From: a virus | IMG/VR virus record: IMGVR_UViG_3300045988_029329 | Coordinates: 1 to 55,794 of that record | DNA: 55,794 bases | Strand: one strand, 5' to 3' | Program-made: the position numbers and the translations under genes | The notes under the pieces: model-generated | The model's input: the letters and a program-made list of their open reading frames with translations, nothing else | Databases searched by the model: none | Told to the model about the DNA's origin: nothing | Shown here: positions 42,524 through 50,775 of the stretch, in pieces | Numbering within the stretch: position 1 is the stretch's first letter | Layout of the letters: each line of letters starts with the position of its first letter

Positions 42524-42617
42524 CGGCGACCTATGCCCGAAGTGCTACGAGGAGTATAAGCGAGTGATCGGGCGATTCAATGCCAACAGAAGGAGAAAGA
42601 GAGGGAAGAGAGGATGA
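42516..42617 (+). CDS. possible small zinc-binding basic peptide (33 aa)
   Basis: MTNGDLCPKCYEEYKR...RRRKRGKRG. Overlaps its neighbours at both ends. Confidence 0.25.
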   Translation: MTNGDLCPKCYEEYKRVIGRFNANRRRKRGKRG

Positions 42618-42856
42618 GTTTCTATTGCACCGCTGGACAATGCCTTCGCAGGGGCGTTGTCAAATTCGGAAATAACAAAGTCGTTCGATGCACGGTACAC
42701 AACTGCGAGGATAGGACAGAGCCGTCCTGCGGCTCTTGCAAATGGTACGCAGAGCCGGAGAGTGTGTGCGTGAACGACCAGTCAGAACACGTTGCAGACT
42801 TCGTGTGGGATGAACGTGGATGCAAGGAATGGGAGAAGAAAGATGAGCGGAAGTAA
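42614..42856 (+). CDS. Cys-rich protein, paralogue of 42843..43082
   Basis: CGSCKWYAEP..C.N..SE....CKEWEKKD. Confidence 0.4.
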   Translation: MSFYCTAGQCLRRGVVKFGNNKVVRCTVHNCEDRTEPSCGSCKWYAEPESVCVNDQSEHVADFVWDERGCKEWEKKDERK

Positions 42857-43082
42857 TGTAATCAGGCTGAGCAATGGCATTCTACTGGACAGCAAAGGGA
42901 AACTTTTATGCCAAACTGTGGACAAGTCCTGCTCAAACTGTAAATGGTATGACAGCTTTTCGTGGGTCTGCTGCAATGGTATGTCTGAGTGCAAGACTTA
43001 TTTTGCAGAACCAGACTATGTGTGCAAAGACTGGGAGAAGAAAGATGACAACAGGGGAGAAAATCAAGAAGCGCAGGATTGA
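42843..43082 (+). CDS. Cys-rich protein, paralogue of 42614..42856
   Basis: CSNCKWYDSF..CCNGMSEC...CKDWEKKD. Confidence 0.4.
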   Translation: MSGSNVIRLSNGILLDSKGKLLCQTVDKSCSNCKWYDSFSWVCCNGMSECKTYFAEPDYVCKDWEKKDDNRGENQEAQD

Positions 43083-43533
43083 ACTTGGCATCACGCAGAA
43101 AGATGTTGCGAGGATGATTGGAACAACCAGTGCGTACGTCAGTGCCGTTGAAAAGCAAAAGCGTGGCGTAAAGAAGGAAACGCGGCTGGCAAAATTCGCA
43201 GAAGCCCTTCAATGCAGCGTGAACGATTTGAAGTCGGATGTGCCAAAAGGCATGGTAGACCCAACCAATGACGACTTCGGAGCGGTCTGCAACTGCGCTG
43301 TCCGCTATTGCTTGGGCAGACGGTCATATATGCCTAGTCTTGTTTGCAGATACATCATCTCGCTTCTGCCGGAGCTGACCGACAAGACGTTGGATTGCTT
43401 TGAACGTGACATTGCAGAGCGCAAGCGGACAGGATTTGACTTTGGCGATTCCTGCGACTATGAGACGTGGGATGCGTTCTACAAGGCGGTTTGCACGGAG
43501 ATTGAAAGGAGAAAGAAAAATGTCTTTGCTTGA
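43045..43533 (+). CDS. XRE-family HTH protein with C-terminal Cys-containing domain
   Basis: GEKIKKRRIELGITQKDVARMIGTTSAYVSAVEKQKR. Confidence 0.55.
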   Translation: MTTGEKIKKRRIELGITQKDVARMIGTTSAYVSAVEKQKRGVKKETRLAKFAEALQCSVNDLKSDVPKGMVDPTNDDFGAVCNCAVRYCLGRRSYMPSLVCRYIISLLPELTDKTLDCFERDIAERKRTGFDFGDSCDYETWDAFYKAVCTEIERRKKNVFA

Positions 43534-43732
43534 AATTGTACTCGGTTTTGTTTTGACGACAATGATTGGTTTTGTGTTCGTTTTTCCGATTTATTTGCTC
43601 GAAAAATATATAGTTCTTAGAACTTTGGAAAAATACATAGACAACATAACCTTGAAAGCCATTGCGGTTGTAGCAGTCAATGTTCTTTTCTTTCTTGTTG
43701 GGTTTGCAATCATATTTAGCGTTTACGGTTAA
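43520..43732 (+). CDS. small 2-TM membrane protein
   Basis: 70 aa, hydrophobic. Confidence 0.4.
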   Translation: MSLLEIVLGFVLTTMIGFVFVFPIYLLEKYIVLRTLEKYIDNITLKAIAVVAVNVLFFLVGFAIIFSVYG

Positions 43733-43766
43733 GTTTGAATAACACGATTTGAAGAAAGGACGAGCA

Positions 43767-43937
43767 ATGAGAGCCAGACCGATTGATGCCAATGCACTAC
43801 GGAAACGCATTGAAGAATGGATGCAGGAATTAGAGCAAGAGTTTACTGTTGAGTACGCCTACATGGGATATGCGCTAGATGATGTGCTTGATTACATCGA
43901 CACTGCACCAACAATCGAGGTAAAAGACAATGGCTAA
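43767..43937 (+). CDS. hypothetical protein, paralogue of 44461..44637
   Basis: MRARPIDANALRKRIEE ... DTAPTIE. Confidence 0.35.
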   Translation: MRARPIDANALRKRIEEWMQELEQEFTVEYAYMGYALDDVLDYIDTAPTIEVKDNG

Positions 43938-44223
43938 TTATCCAGAATATCTTGAACGAAACGCACTTATTGAAAGAATCCAGAAAGCATATTGCGATGG
44001 CTGCGAGAACTACAATGGAGTTAGATGCCGTGCTTGCGGCATTGGCGATGCCATTGACATTGTGGAAGATGCTCCGACAGCCTTAGAGCGTACCGCTGAA
44101 TGGATTGTACAGGACGATACGTTCACAAGGTTCGAGTGTAGCAGATGCCACACAAAAAATCATCACACACGTTGGAACTACTACCCGAACTGTGGAGCGA
44201 AAATGGAGAACGCGCATGGCTAA
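43930..44223 (+). CDS. zinc-ribbon protein
   Basis: CDGCENYNGVRCRACG ... CSRCH ... PNCG. Confidence 0.4.
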   Translation: MANYPEYLERNALIERIQKAYCDGCENYNGVRCRACGIGDAIDIVEDAPTALERTAEWIVQDDTFTRFECSRCHTKNHHTRWNYYPNCGAKMENAHG

Positions 44224-44455
44224 CACACTTTGGCATCCAGCAAGCGAACCGTCACGAGAGCGGACGTAGCCTTTGTTGCTTGCGGCTAAGACAACGTGGC
44301 GTGATAAAGATGGAAAAATGTTGCAAGGCTTCTCGCCGACAGCGTATTTTCTTGGCTGTTACGCAGACGGTCAGTTTTGGGACGAAATAGGCGAGAGACT
44401 GCCGGATAACGTGACGGTCACACATTGGATGCGCATTTATGCGCCGGAGGGTTGA
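44216..44455 (+). pseudogene. DUF551-like gene interrupted by an in-frame TAG (44267-44269)
   Basis: ATG 44216 gives MANTLWHPASEPSRERT-TAG-PLLLAAKTTWRDKDG...VTVTHWMRIYAPEG, all in one frame. Confidence 0.45.
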
Positions 44456-44460
44456 CAGAT

Positions 44461-44637
44461 ATGAGGCCGATTGATGCAGATGCGCTGCGCCAGAAGATTG
44501 AAAAATGCGCTTTGGACGCAGACAGAGCTAGTTCGTTTTCGAATCCCGATGGAGGAGCTTTCTACGATAAGGTGCTGGATGCTATTGATACAACACCGAC
44601 TATTGACCCGAACATTCAGCGTCCTGTGACGCATTGA
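44461..44637 (+). CDS. hypothetical protein, paralogue of 43767..43937
   Basis: MRPIDADALRQKIEK ... DTTPTID. Confidence 0.35.
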   Translation: MRPIDADALRQKIEKCALDADRASSFSNPDGGAFYDKVLDAIDTTPTIDPNIQRPVTH

Positions 44638-44666
44638 ATGACGTTTCCGATGGTATAGGAGGGCTT

Positions 44667-44864
44667 ATGGAAAACAATATCGTTGTTACACAAGATATGA
44701 TTGACTCGTTTACGGCTGCCATGCGAGAGGCGTACAGAGCATATGGAGATGATGAGGAGCGGGTGCATGGCGCGATGGATGGCATTATGTGAGAAACCTT
44801 AGATAGGCTTGGCTTTACAGAAGGCGTGGAAATCTTTAACGAAGCACCGAAATGGTATGCGTAA
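44667..44864 (+). CDS. small ORF with an in-frame TGA at 44790-44792 (41-aa product, or 65 aa if read through)
   Basis: GGAGGG RBS. ...HGAMDGIM-TGA-ETLDRLGFTEGVEIFNEAPKWYA-TAA. The next gene's RBS follows the TAA, not the TGA. Confidence 0.4.
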
Positions 44865-44876
44865 GGAGCAGTAAGC

Positions 44877-45053
44877 ATGACGAACAAGAAGTTTGGCATC
44901 ATCATTATGGACTTGAGCCTTTTCGACTTTGGGCCGAAGCCGCCTTGCGGGTACATCAAGGCAAAACATATTCGCCCAGCGTACGGCAAAGGCGCAAGGC
45001 CTGTCAAGGCGCATAAGCGAATCACAAGAACAAGAGAGGGATTTAGAAAATGA
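44877..45053 (+). CDS. hypothetical basic protein (58 aa)
   Basis: GGAG RBS. ATGA overlap with the next gene. Confidence 0.35.
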   Translation: MTNKKFGIIIMDLSLFDFGPKPPCGYIKAKHIRPAYGKGARPVKAHKRITRTREGFRK

Positions 45054-45232
45054 CAGAACTCAAGAGATGCCCGTTCTGCGGTGCGGAACCGCCGACTGTA
45101 AAAGTGCTTCATCCACTTGACATTAACATGGCTAATTGGGTAGTCTGCGGAAAATGCGGGGTGAGCACTTCTGTAACATTTGGCAAGGAAAAAGCCATCG
45201 AAGTATGGAACAAACGCTACAAAGAGGATTAA
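45050..45232 (+). CDS. lar: Lar-family restriction alleviation protein
   Basis: LKRCPFCGAEP...VVCGKCGVST...KEKAIEVWNKR matches the Lar pattern. Confidence 0.55.
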   Translation: MTELKRCPFCGAEPPTVKVLHPLDINMANWVVCGKCGVSTSVTFGKEKAIEVWNKRYKED

Positions 45233-45234
45233 GC

Positions 45235-45873
45235 ATGGACAAAAAACGAGACAGCTTTACATTCCAACGATACTACTTTGAAGCCATCTCCACACTGAAA
45301 AGTAAAGAGAAATTAGAACTCTACGATGCAATCTGTGCATACGTTTTTGAAGGAAAAGACGCAACTTTGAACTCAAAAAAGGCAGAATCTTGTTTCATTT
45401 TGATTAAACATCTGCTCGATGAAGAGTTGAAAAGAAGCGATATTGCGTCAAAAGGATGGTCTACACGAAAGTCAGCTCATCCTCATGTCATAAATGAGAT
45501 GAAGGTCAGCTCATCTATGAGCTCACAGTCAGATGACAATGAGCCCATTGTATCAACTGACAGTCAGATGAATATCAAGACCTTGCCGGAGAGTGCGGTC
45601 AAAAAGAAACCTGACATCTTCTCCGACTTTGCTCATGGCGATAAAGCCCTGCTGGAATCCCTGCGAGAGTTCGCACAGATGCGTACAAGAATCAAAAAGC
45701 CTATGACAGACCGGGCAAAACAGATGCTCTGCAACAAGCTGGAAAAGTTTGATCGGCACGACTGGAAAGCCATTCTTGACCAGAGCATCTATGCCGGGTG
45801 GCAGGACATTTACGCATTAAAACAGGATGACCAGTACGAGCAAAGTACGGAGATGGAGTTTCCTAGACTATGA
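45235..45873 (+). CDS. phage replisome organizer (N-terminal Phage_rep_org-like, C-terminal DnaD-like)
   Basis: FTFQRYYFEAISTLKSKEKLELYDAICAYVFEG, and in the C-terminal part ILDQSIYAGWQDIYALK. Directly upstream of the helicase. Confidence 0.6.
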   Translation: MDKKRDSFTFQRYYFEAISTLKSKEKLELYDAICAYVFEGKDATLNSKKAESCFILIKHLLDEELKRSDIASKGWSTRKSAHPHVINEMKVSSSMSSQSDDNEPIVSTDSQMNIKTLPESAVKKKPDIFSDFAHGDKALLESLREFAQMRTRIKKPMTDRAKQMLCNKLEKFDRHDWKAILDQSIYAGWQDIYALKQDDQYEQSTEMEFPRL

Positions 45874-47075
45874 CAATGGACGTTCAAACGGTATTTATCG
45901 GTGCGCTGATGCTCTGCAAGCCGGGCGTTGTGGATGAAATCATACCAGACCTTGAACTTGACTTGTTCAGACCTGAGCTGAGAGACGCTTTTGCGGCTGT
46001 TCAGGGCTATTGGACGGCTAGGGGTAAGATAGATATAGTCGAGATAAACACGCAGCATCCGGACGTAGCGCAGACGCTCTTGGCGTGTGTACAAACCTGT
46101 GAATCAGAGTGTGTACGAATTGACAGGGAGCAGATGCAGCGTTGGGCACAGCTTATCAGAGAACAAGCTGCACTCACTCGTGTGCAAGGTCTGGCATTTC
46201 AGATGACCAGCGAGCTTACCGACTATTCTGATCTATCAGACATTTACCAGCAGATGGGCGAAGCAATGAGCCTGAAAGCTGAGGAAGAAGATGCGTGGAC
46301 ATACGAGGATGTGCTGAACGACTATGTGCTTCACATGGACGAAAAGCCTGTGTATATCAAGACAGGCCTAGAGCGTCTGGATGAAGCACTGCACATCTCA
46401 CCGGGTGATTTCATCATCATCGGCGGCAGACCGTCTGCGGGCAAGACAGCCCTGTCTCTGCAAATAGCAGCAAGCATGGCAAAACAGGACTACACCGTGT
46501 ACTATTTCAGCTTGGAAACCAGCAAACGCAAGCTGGGCGCTCGTCTGATGGCCAATCAAATATACTGCCCTCTGGACACGGTGAAAAATAAGGCGGTCAG
46601 CTTGAATGAGATTGACGGACAGGCAAAGAACATGAAGATGCCCTTATATATACGCTCCGCTGCCGGAAAGAACGTGGCGTGGATGAAGGCGCAGGCTCTC
46701 CGTAAAAAGGCTCAGGTTATCTTCGTAGACTATCTTCAACTCATCCACGAAACAGGCGCAAAGGACAGATATGCCGCCATTACAGCCATATCTATTGCCT
46801 TACACGAGCTGGCGCAGACCACAGGTATTGTCGTGGTGGCACTGGCACAGCTTAATCGAAACCCATCCAAGCCCGGAGCAACGCCTACCAACTCCGACTT
46901 GCGAGAGAGCGGACAGATTGAACAGGACGCAGATGCAATCATCCTTCTGTCCGGCGACAACCCCGACAAGTACCTGTTCCGGCTAAGCAAGAACAAGGAA
47001 GGCGAGATAGGCGACCTTCCCATCACGTTTAACAAGCAGATTCAACGGTTCCAAGAGTATACTTGGATGGATTGA
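45870..47075 (+). CDS. dnaB: DnaB-type replicative helicase
   Basis: Walker A IIIGGRPSAGKTALSLQIA, Walker B VIFVDYLQLI, and LAQLNR..DLRESGQIEQDAD. Confidence 0.85.
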   Translation: MTMDVQTVFIGALMLCKPGVVDEIIPDLELDLFRPELRDAFAAVQGYWTARGKIDIVEINTQHPDVAQTLLACVQTCESECVRIDREQMQRWAQLIREQAALTRVQGLAFQMTSELTDYSDLSDIYQQMGEAMSLKAEEEDAWTYEDVLNDYVLHMDEKPVYIKTGLERLDEALHISPGDFIIIGGRPSAGKTALSLQIAASMAKQDYTVYYFSLETSKRKLGARLMANQIYCPLDTVKNKAVSLNEIDGQAKNMKMPLYIRSAAGKNVAWMKAQALRKKAQVIFVDYLQLIHETGAKDRYAAITAISIALHELAQTTGIVVVALAQLNRNPSKPGATPTNSDLRESGQIEQDADAIILLSGDNPDKYLFRLSKNKEGEIGDLPITFNKQIQRFQEYTWMD

Positions 47076-47132
47076 TACCGTCTGAACCTCATAAATATTT
47101 TTCACTACACAAAATACAGGAGGAAAACAACT

Positions 47133-47444
47133 ATGGCACTTACCAACATCGAACGTGAGACTATCATCAACTTCAACGCAGCGGAAGATACCGCAGAAAT
47201 CTACACGGCTGACCCGGTTTACATTCGCAAGCTGGACAAGCTCTGTGAGCAGTTTCCTGATACGTACAAGTTCATGGAGGAACTGTCTGCCAAGCGGTGC
47301 AAGGAATCTAAGACCTATTCGATGCCGAAACGTCTTGTGAAGTTCCGGCCTCCTGTCACTCGTGAGATCAACGAAGAGCAGCGTGAAGCATTGGCAGAGA
47401 GCTTGCGTAAGGCAAGAGAAGCCAAGAAAGCCAAGAATATCTAA
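47133..47444 (+). CDS. hypothetical protein
   Basis: AGGAGG RBS. 103 aa. Confidence 0.45.
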   Translation: MALTNIERETIINFNAAEDTAEIYTADPVYIRKLDKLCEQFPDTYKFMEELSAKRCKESKTYSMPKRLVKFRPPVTREINEEQREALAESLRKAREAKKAKNI

Positions 47445-47654
47445 TCTTAGCTCGCGCGGCTACAAAACTACTGTATCAGAAAGCATGGAATGGTGTCAGG
47501 TAGTAAAACTACCCTCTGCGACTATTCCGTGCTTTTTTCTCTTGTTATTTATCAGGGCGAAACGGCGAGGTCTGAATTTGAGAAAGAATCGTCTAATCGC
47601 AGGACTGATTAAGACGAAAAAACGCTTTGACTATCACTTTCGCAAATGGCTTTC

Positions 47655-47790
47655 AAATTTTTGTCCCCTTTCCCCCTTGTTTCCTCTTTCCCCCTTTTGT
47701 CCCCCTCTTTCCCCTACAACCCCTATTACCCCCTATAATCCCCCTAACATCTTCCGTGCTCCCCCTTTCCCTCCCCGTGTGTTTAGCGCG
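47655..47790. repeat. polypyrimidine tract with ten C4-C5 runs (G-runs on the minus strand)
   Basis: C-runs at 47665, 47672, 47690, 47701, 47711, 47720, 47729, 47740, 47761 and 47773. A related TTTCCCCCTACAACCC motif recurs at 47893-47910. Confidence 0.85.
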
Positions 47791-47993
47791 TCCGCGGGCG
47801 TTATATGCGCCAGCGCGCGCGTTGACGGAGCCGGGTGTGCTACGATAGTTCAAAAGTGAATAAATAACAGTTATGCGAAATTGCAAACTGGTTCTTTCCC
47901 CCTACAACCCTCTATCTCCAAACCTACACCGTTAGCCAGCAGAGCAGACCGTAGGCGAGAACTAGCGTGAGGTTCGGACTGGTGGATAGTATA

Positions 47994-48629
47994 CGACTAT
48001 TTCACATGGAGAATTGACTTCATTTTGTAGTCGGTTGAATATGTAGAAATGTTGCATTACTGTATGAGTGGTTGATTACAGATTGGAAGCAATTGACTAG
48101 TGGATAGTCTTATTAGATAGTTAAAAGTATTGAGGTATTTGTCAAATGGATAATCCTAGTTGGTTGATATGATATGATTGTAGTTGTCGGTAATTAAATT
48201 GAAGGAGAACGAGCCGAATCGGATGATACGACTATTATGGCAGAATAATAGTTAAAAAGATTGAGCAATTATCTGCGACTATTATAATAAGTACGATGGC
48301 TAAAGATTTTGAGGTAATGCAATGGGGATTAAAATTGACGGGTGTCTTGACATATATTGATTTTGGGAGATGTCGGAGGACTTAGCGACTATTGCATCTC
48401 TCTTTTCATAAAAGGCGAACGACTATTTCACACAAAAAACACACGACTATTTGACGATGGCTCGCAAGAAAACGCTACGACTATCGCTCTGCGACTATCA
48501 GCGGACAGCTCGTTACTATACTATATATAGGACTTTCAAAAGCTGGTCATCTGACGACTTTGCGACTATTTTATTGGAGAAACTACGGCTATTGGCTACG
48601 ACTATTCCAGCCGGAACGCTGCGACTATT
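47994..48629. repeat. iteron cluster (A/G)CGACTAT(T/C), at least 12 copies; candidate lytic origin
   Basis: Copies at 47994, 48229, 48276, 48386, 48420, 48444, 48478, 48492, 48563, 48598 and 48622, a CGGCTATT variant at 48586, and an outlier at 47519. AT-rich DNA lies at 48000-48400. Confidence 0.75.
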
Positions 48630-49208
48630 GCTGACCTCTATTGGCTATCGGGCGAAAGCCCGAAAAGAGATACGGCGGTAGCCGTCAATAGTTCCGCGCC
48701 GCCCGCCGCGCCGTGCTCCTACTGCTGGACTGTCCCGCCGGGTGGAGGGTGCCGGGCTGACCCGGTGCGCCCTAACTGCTGACCGGTGCCAGATTGCAAG
48801 CCGCCGGGTTGGCATGGTCTGCGCTATGCTGCACCGCCGGGCATGGATCCATAACAGGGCGCACCGCTGTACCCTTATATACCTTATTATAATAGGCGGC
48901 TGTTTTGAGCTGTACAGCGTCCAGCGTGGCGGTGGTATCTGGTATCTGCGGAGGTGTAGCGCTTGACAGTATGCCCTCCAGCGTGTCGCAGACGGTGCAT
49001 AGAAAGCTTGTGTATCTGCTGTATTGTGTGCGCTGGAATGTGGCAAATCAACGGAAAAGCCCCTGTAAAGCCCTGTAAACGGTTTTGGCGTTGTGGTGGT
49101 ATAATTGCATTGACGGCAGAAAGACAGCCGTAAACGATTGTGAGAAGCTGATACACCGCCGGGCAAAAAGAAAAGCCCTGCACCGTGTCGATGCAAGGCA
49201 AAAGAAAA

Positions 49209-49231
49209 GCCCCGCCAGCGTGGGCGGGGTA
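49209..49231 (-). terminator. rho-independent terminator for the 49247..49405 gene
   Basis: The minus strand reads CCCCGCCC-ACGCT-GGCGGGG followed by CTTTTCTTTT. Confidence 0.6.
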
Positions 49232-49246
49232 AAATCTGAAATTGTG

Positions 49247-49405
49247 TCAGCGTTGATTTAACCAAACGTTATAATCTGCTGCCGTCATGATGGTATAGCC
49301 GCCACAGACCTTAACAACAACATCTGCGCCGGTTGCGGCCTTGCGTGCATAGTAACGGGACGTATACAGCCCAGTCATTGCGTTATACCCCTTATTAGTA
49401 GTCAT
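49247..49405 (-). CDS. small hypothetical protein (52 aa)
   Basis: AAGGAGGG RBS. MTTNKGYNAMTGLYTSRYYARKAATGADVVVKVCGGYTIMTAADYNVWLNQR. Confidence 0.45.
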   Translation of the reverse strand: MTTNKGYNAMTGLYTSRYYARKAATGADVVVKVCGGYTIMTAADYNVWLNQR

Positions 49406-49565
49406 AATATATAGCCCTCCTTACTTACTCGACTTGAACAGCGCGCTGAAAAACCAAAAAAAGAACAAAATACAAGATAATATCATTTTGAAAAAATCTC
49501 CTCTCTGATACTAAACGCCAACGTACCAGAGGGCTGCCCACTGGGTTGCATCGAGTACTAGCATA

Positions 49566-49994
49566 TTACTGCACCCCCTTGCAATACAGACCGTTGGTGC
49601 GGCAGATGGTGCGGATACGGTTGCAAGCCTGATACAGTGCGCGGGCTTGCACGTCAAGCCACGTTTCGCGGCTGTTGGGCTCATACGTCCCGCTGTGCTT
49701 GCGCTTGAGTTCGGACGGGGTGCAGACACGGGCGGCAATGTCTGCGTTATAGCAGAGGGAGCAGCCGCCGTTGCTGTACTGCTCCCAGCAGCTTGCACCG
49801 TTGAGCGCCCACCGCTCAAGCTCTTCACCGCCAATTGGGAGCCGCTCCATATTGTCCGCGCCCTCCTGCACATCGTCCAACAGGTCGAGAGCGTACAGCG
49901 TGACGGCCTTATCCCATGCGCTGCGGTCATGCCGGGCGTTGAGTTCGGCGCGGATGGTATCAGCAAGTGCGGTATAATCGATGGTCTTTTTCAT
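49566..49994 (-). CDS. hypothetical protein
   Basis: 142 aa. AGGAGG RBS. Coding-like composition between two GC-rich non-coding islands. Confidence 0.55.
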   Translation of the reverse strand: MKKTIDYTALADTIRAELNARHDRSAWDKAVTLYALDLLDDVQEGADNMERLPIGGEELERWALNGASCWEQYSNGGCSLCYNADIAARVCTPSELKRKHSGTYEPNSRETWLDVQARALYQACNRIRTICRTNGLYCKGVQ

Positions 49995-50601
49995 GGCTTT
50001 TGTCCTCCTGTTTTGATGTTTCGTGATGTGGTTTATCAGATATGTCTTATCTTGATTCTATTATATCAGATATATCTTATATGTCAATACCTTTTGGACA
50101 AAAATATAAGATTTTTCTGATTTATTTTTCTGGCACAAAATGGCAAAATTGTGCTGTCCATATCTGCACAGTTTTGGACACACTCCACGCCCTCCAGCGT
50201 CCTGCACAGTCCCGATCTGTCCGGCGTGGGCGGTCTGGTATCGAGTGCAGACCGGTGCAGCGTGTCCAGCGCCCGGGCGTTGGTCGGTGTGCCGTGTCTT
50301 GCATGGTATGCCCTGGTACTTGCCAGCCCTGGTATATCTGGCATGGTTTGCTTTGCTGCCGACGCTGTGCAGTCTGTCCGGGTGCGCTGGGGCTGTGGTC
50401 TCCACCGGCGGGGTATATAGCCGCCGCCCAGCCCCGCCCGGTCAGTCTCGTCGCCACCGAAAAAATAAAAAAGGCTCAAAAAAATCACCCCACCCCCATT
50501 GTCAATCTCAAAAATTTCCCGCAAAAACAAAAAGACCCCTACAAAGGGTCTGGCTTCTGTGTTATACTTGCCTTACAAGCCTTGAAAGGGAGGAATCTGT
50601 A

Positions 50602-50745
50602 ATGGACCAAAAGAATGACAAGAACAAAGAAAAGAGAGAAAAGAACGAAAAGATTGCCGCTTCAATATGGGGCGTTATTATCGGCGCCGCTTTTTTGGTT
50701 TTTGGTGTGTATCTTATGGCACATGGTATTTCAAGCGTTATATAA
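50602..50745 (+). CDS. small membrane protein (47 aa)
   Basis: GGGAGG RBS. A Lys/Glu-rich N-terminus followed by one TM segment, IWGVIIGAAFLVFGVYLMA. Confidence 0.4.
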   Translation: MDQKNDKNKEKREKNEKIAASIWGVIIGAAFLVFGVYLMAHGISSVI

Positions 50746-50775
50746 AATTTTAGCCAAAGAAAGGAAGAATCAAAA

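Noticed and set aside
47362-47859. 165-aa Pro/Leu/Ser-rich ORF
   Set aside because: It is a translation of the polypyrimidine tract. It has no RBS and a low-complexity artefactual sequence.
48645-49265. 206-aa minus-strand ORF and the overlapping ORFs 48742..48966 and 48887..49201
   Set aside because: The Arg/Pro/Ala-rich nonsense is typical of stop-poor GC-rich DNA. Several frames are open simultaneously, and there are no RBSs.
48650-50560. Invertible segment flanked by the two GC-rich islands
   Set aside because: The shared motifs are in direct, not inverted, orientation. They are short (up to 12 nt). No long inverted repeats were found by eye.
50140-50600. N-terminal 154 codons of ORF 50140..50745, and the overlapping ORFs on both strands
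   Set aside because: Same GC-rich artefact. Only the last 47 codons (50602..50745) have an RBS and a protein-like (TM) sequence.
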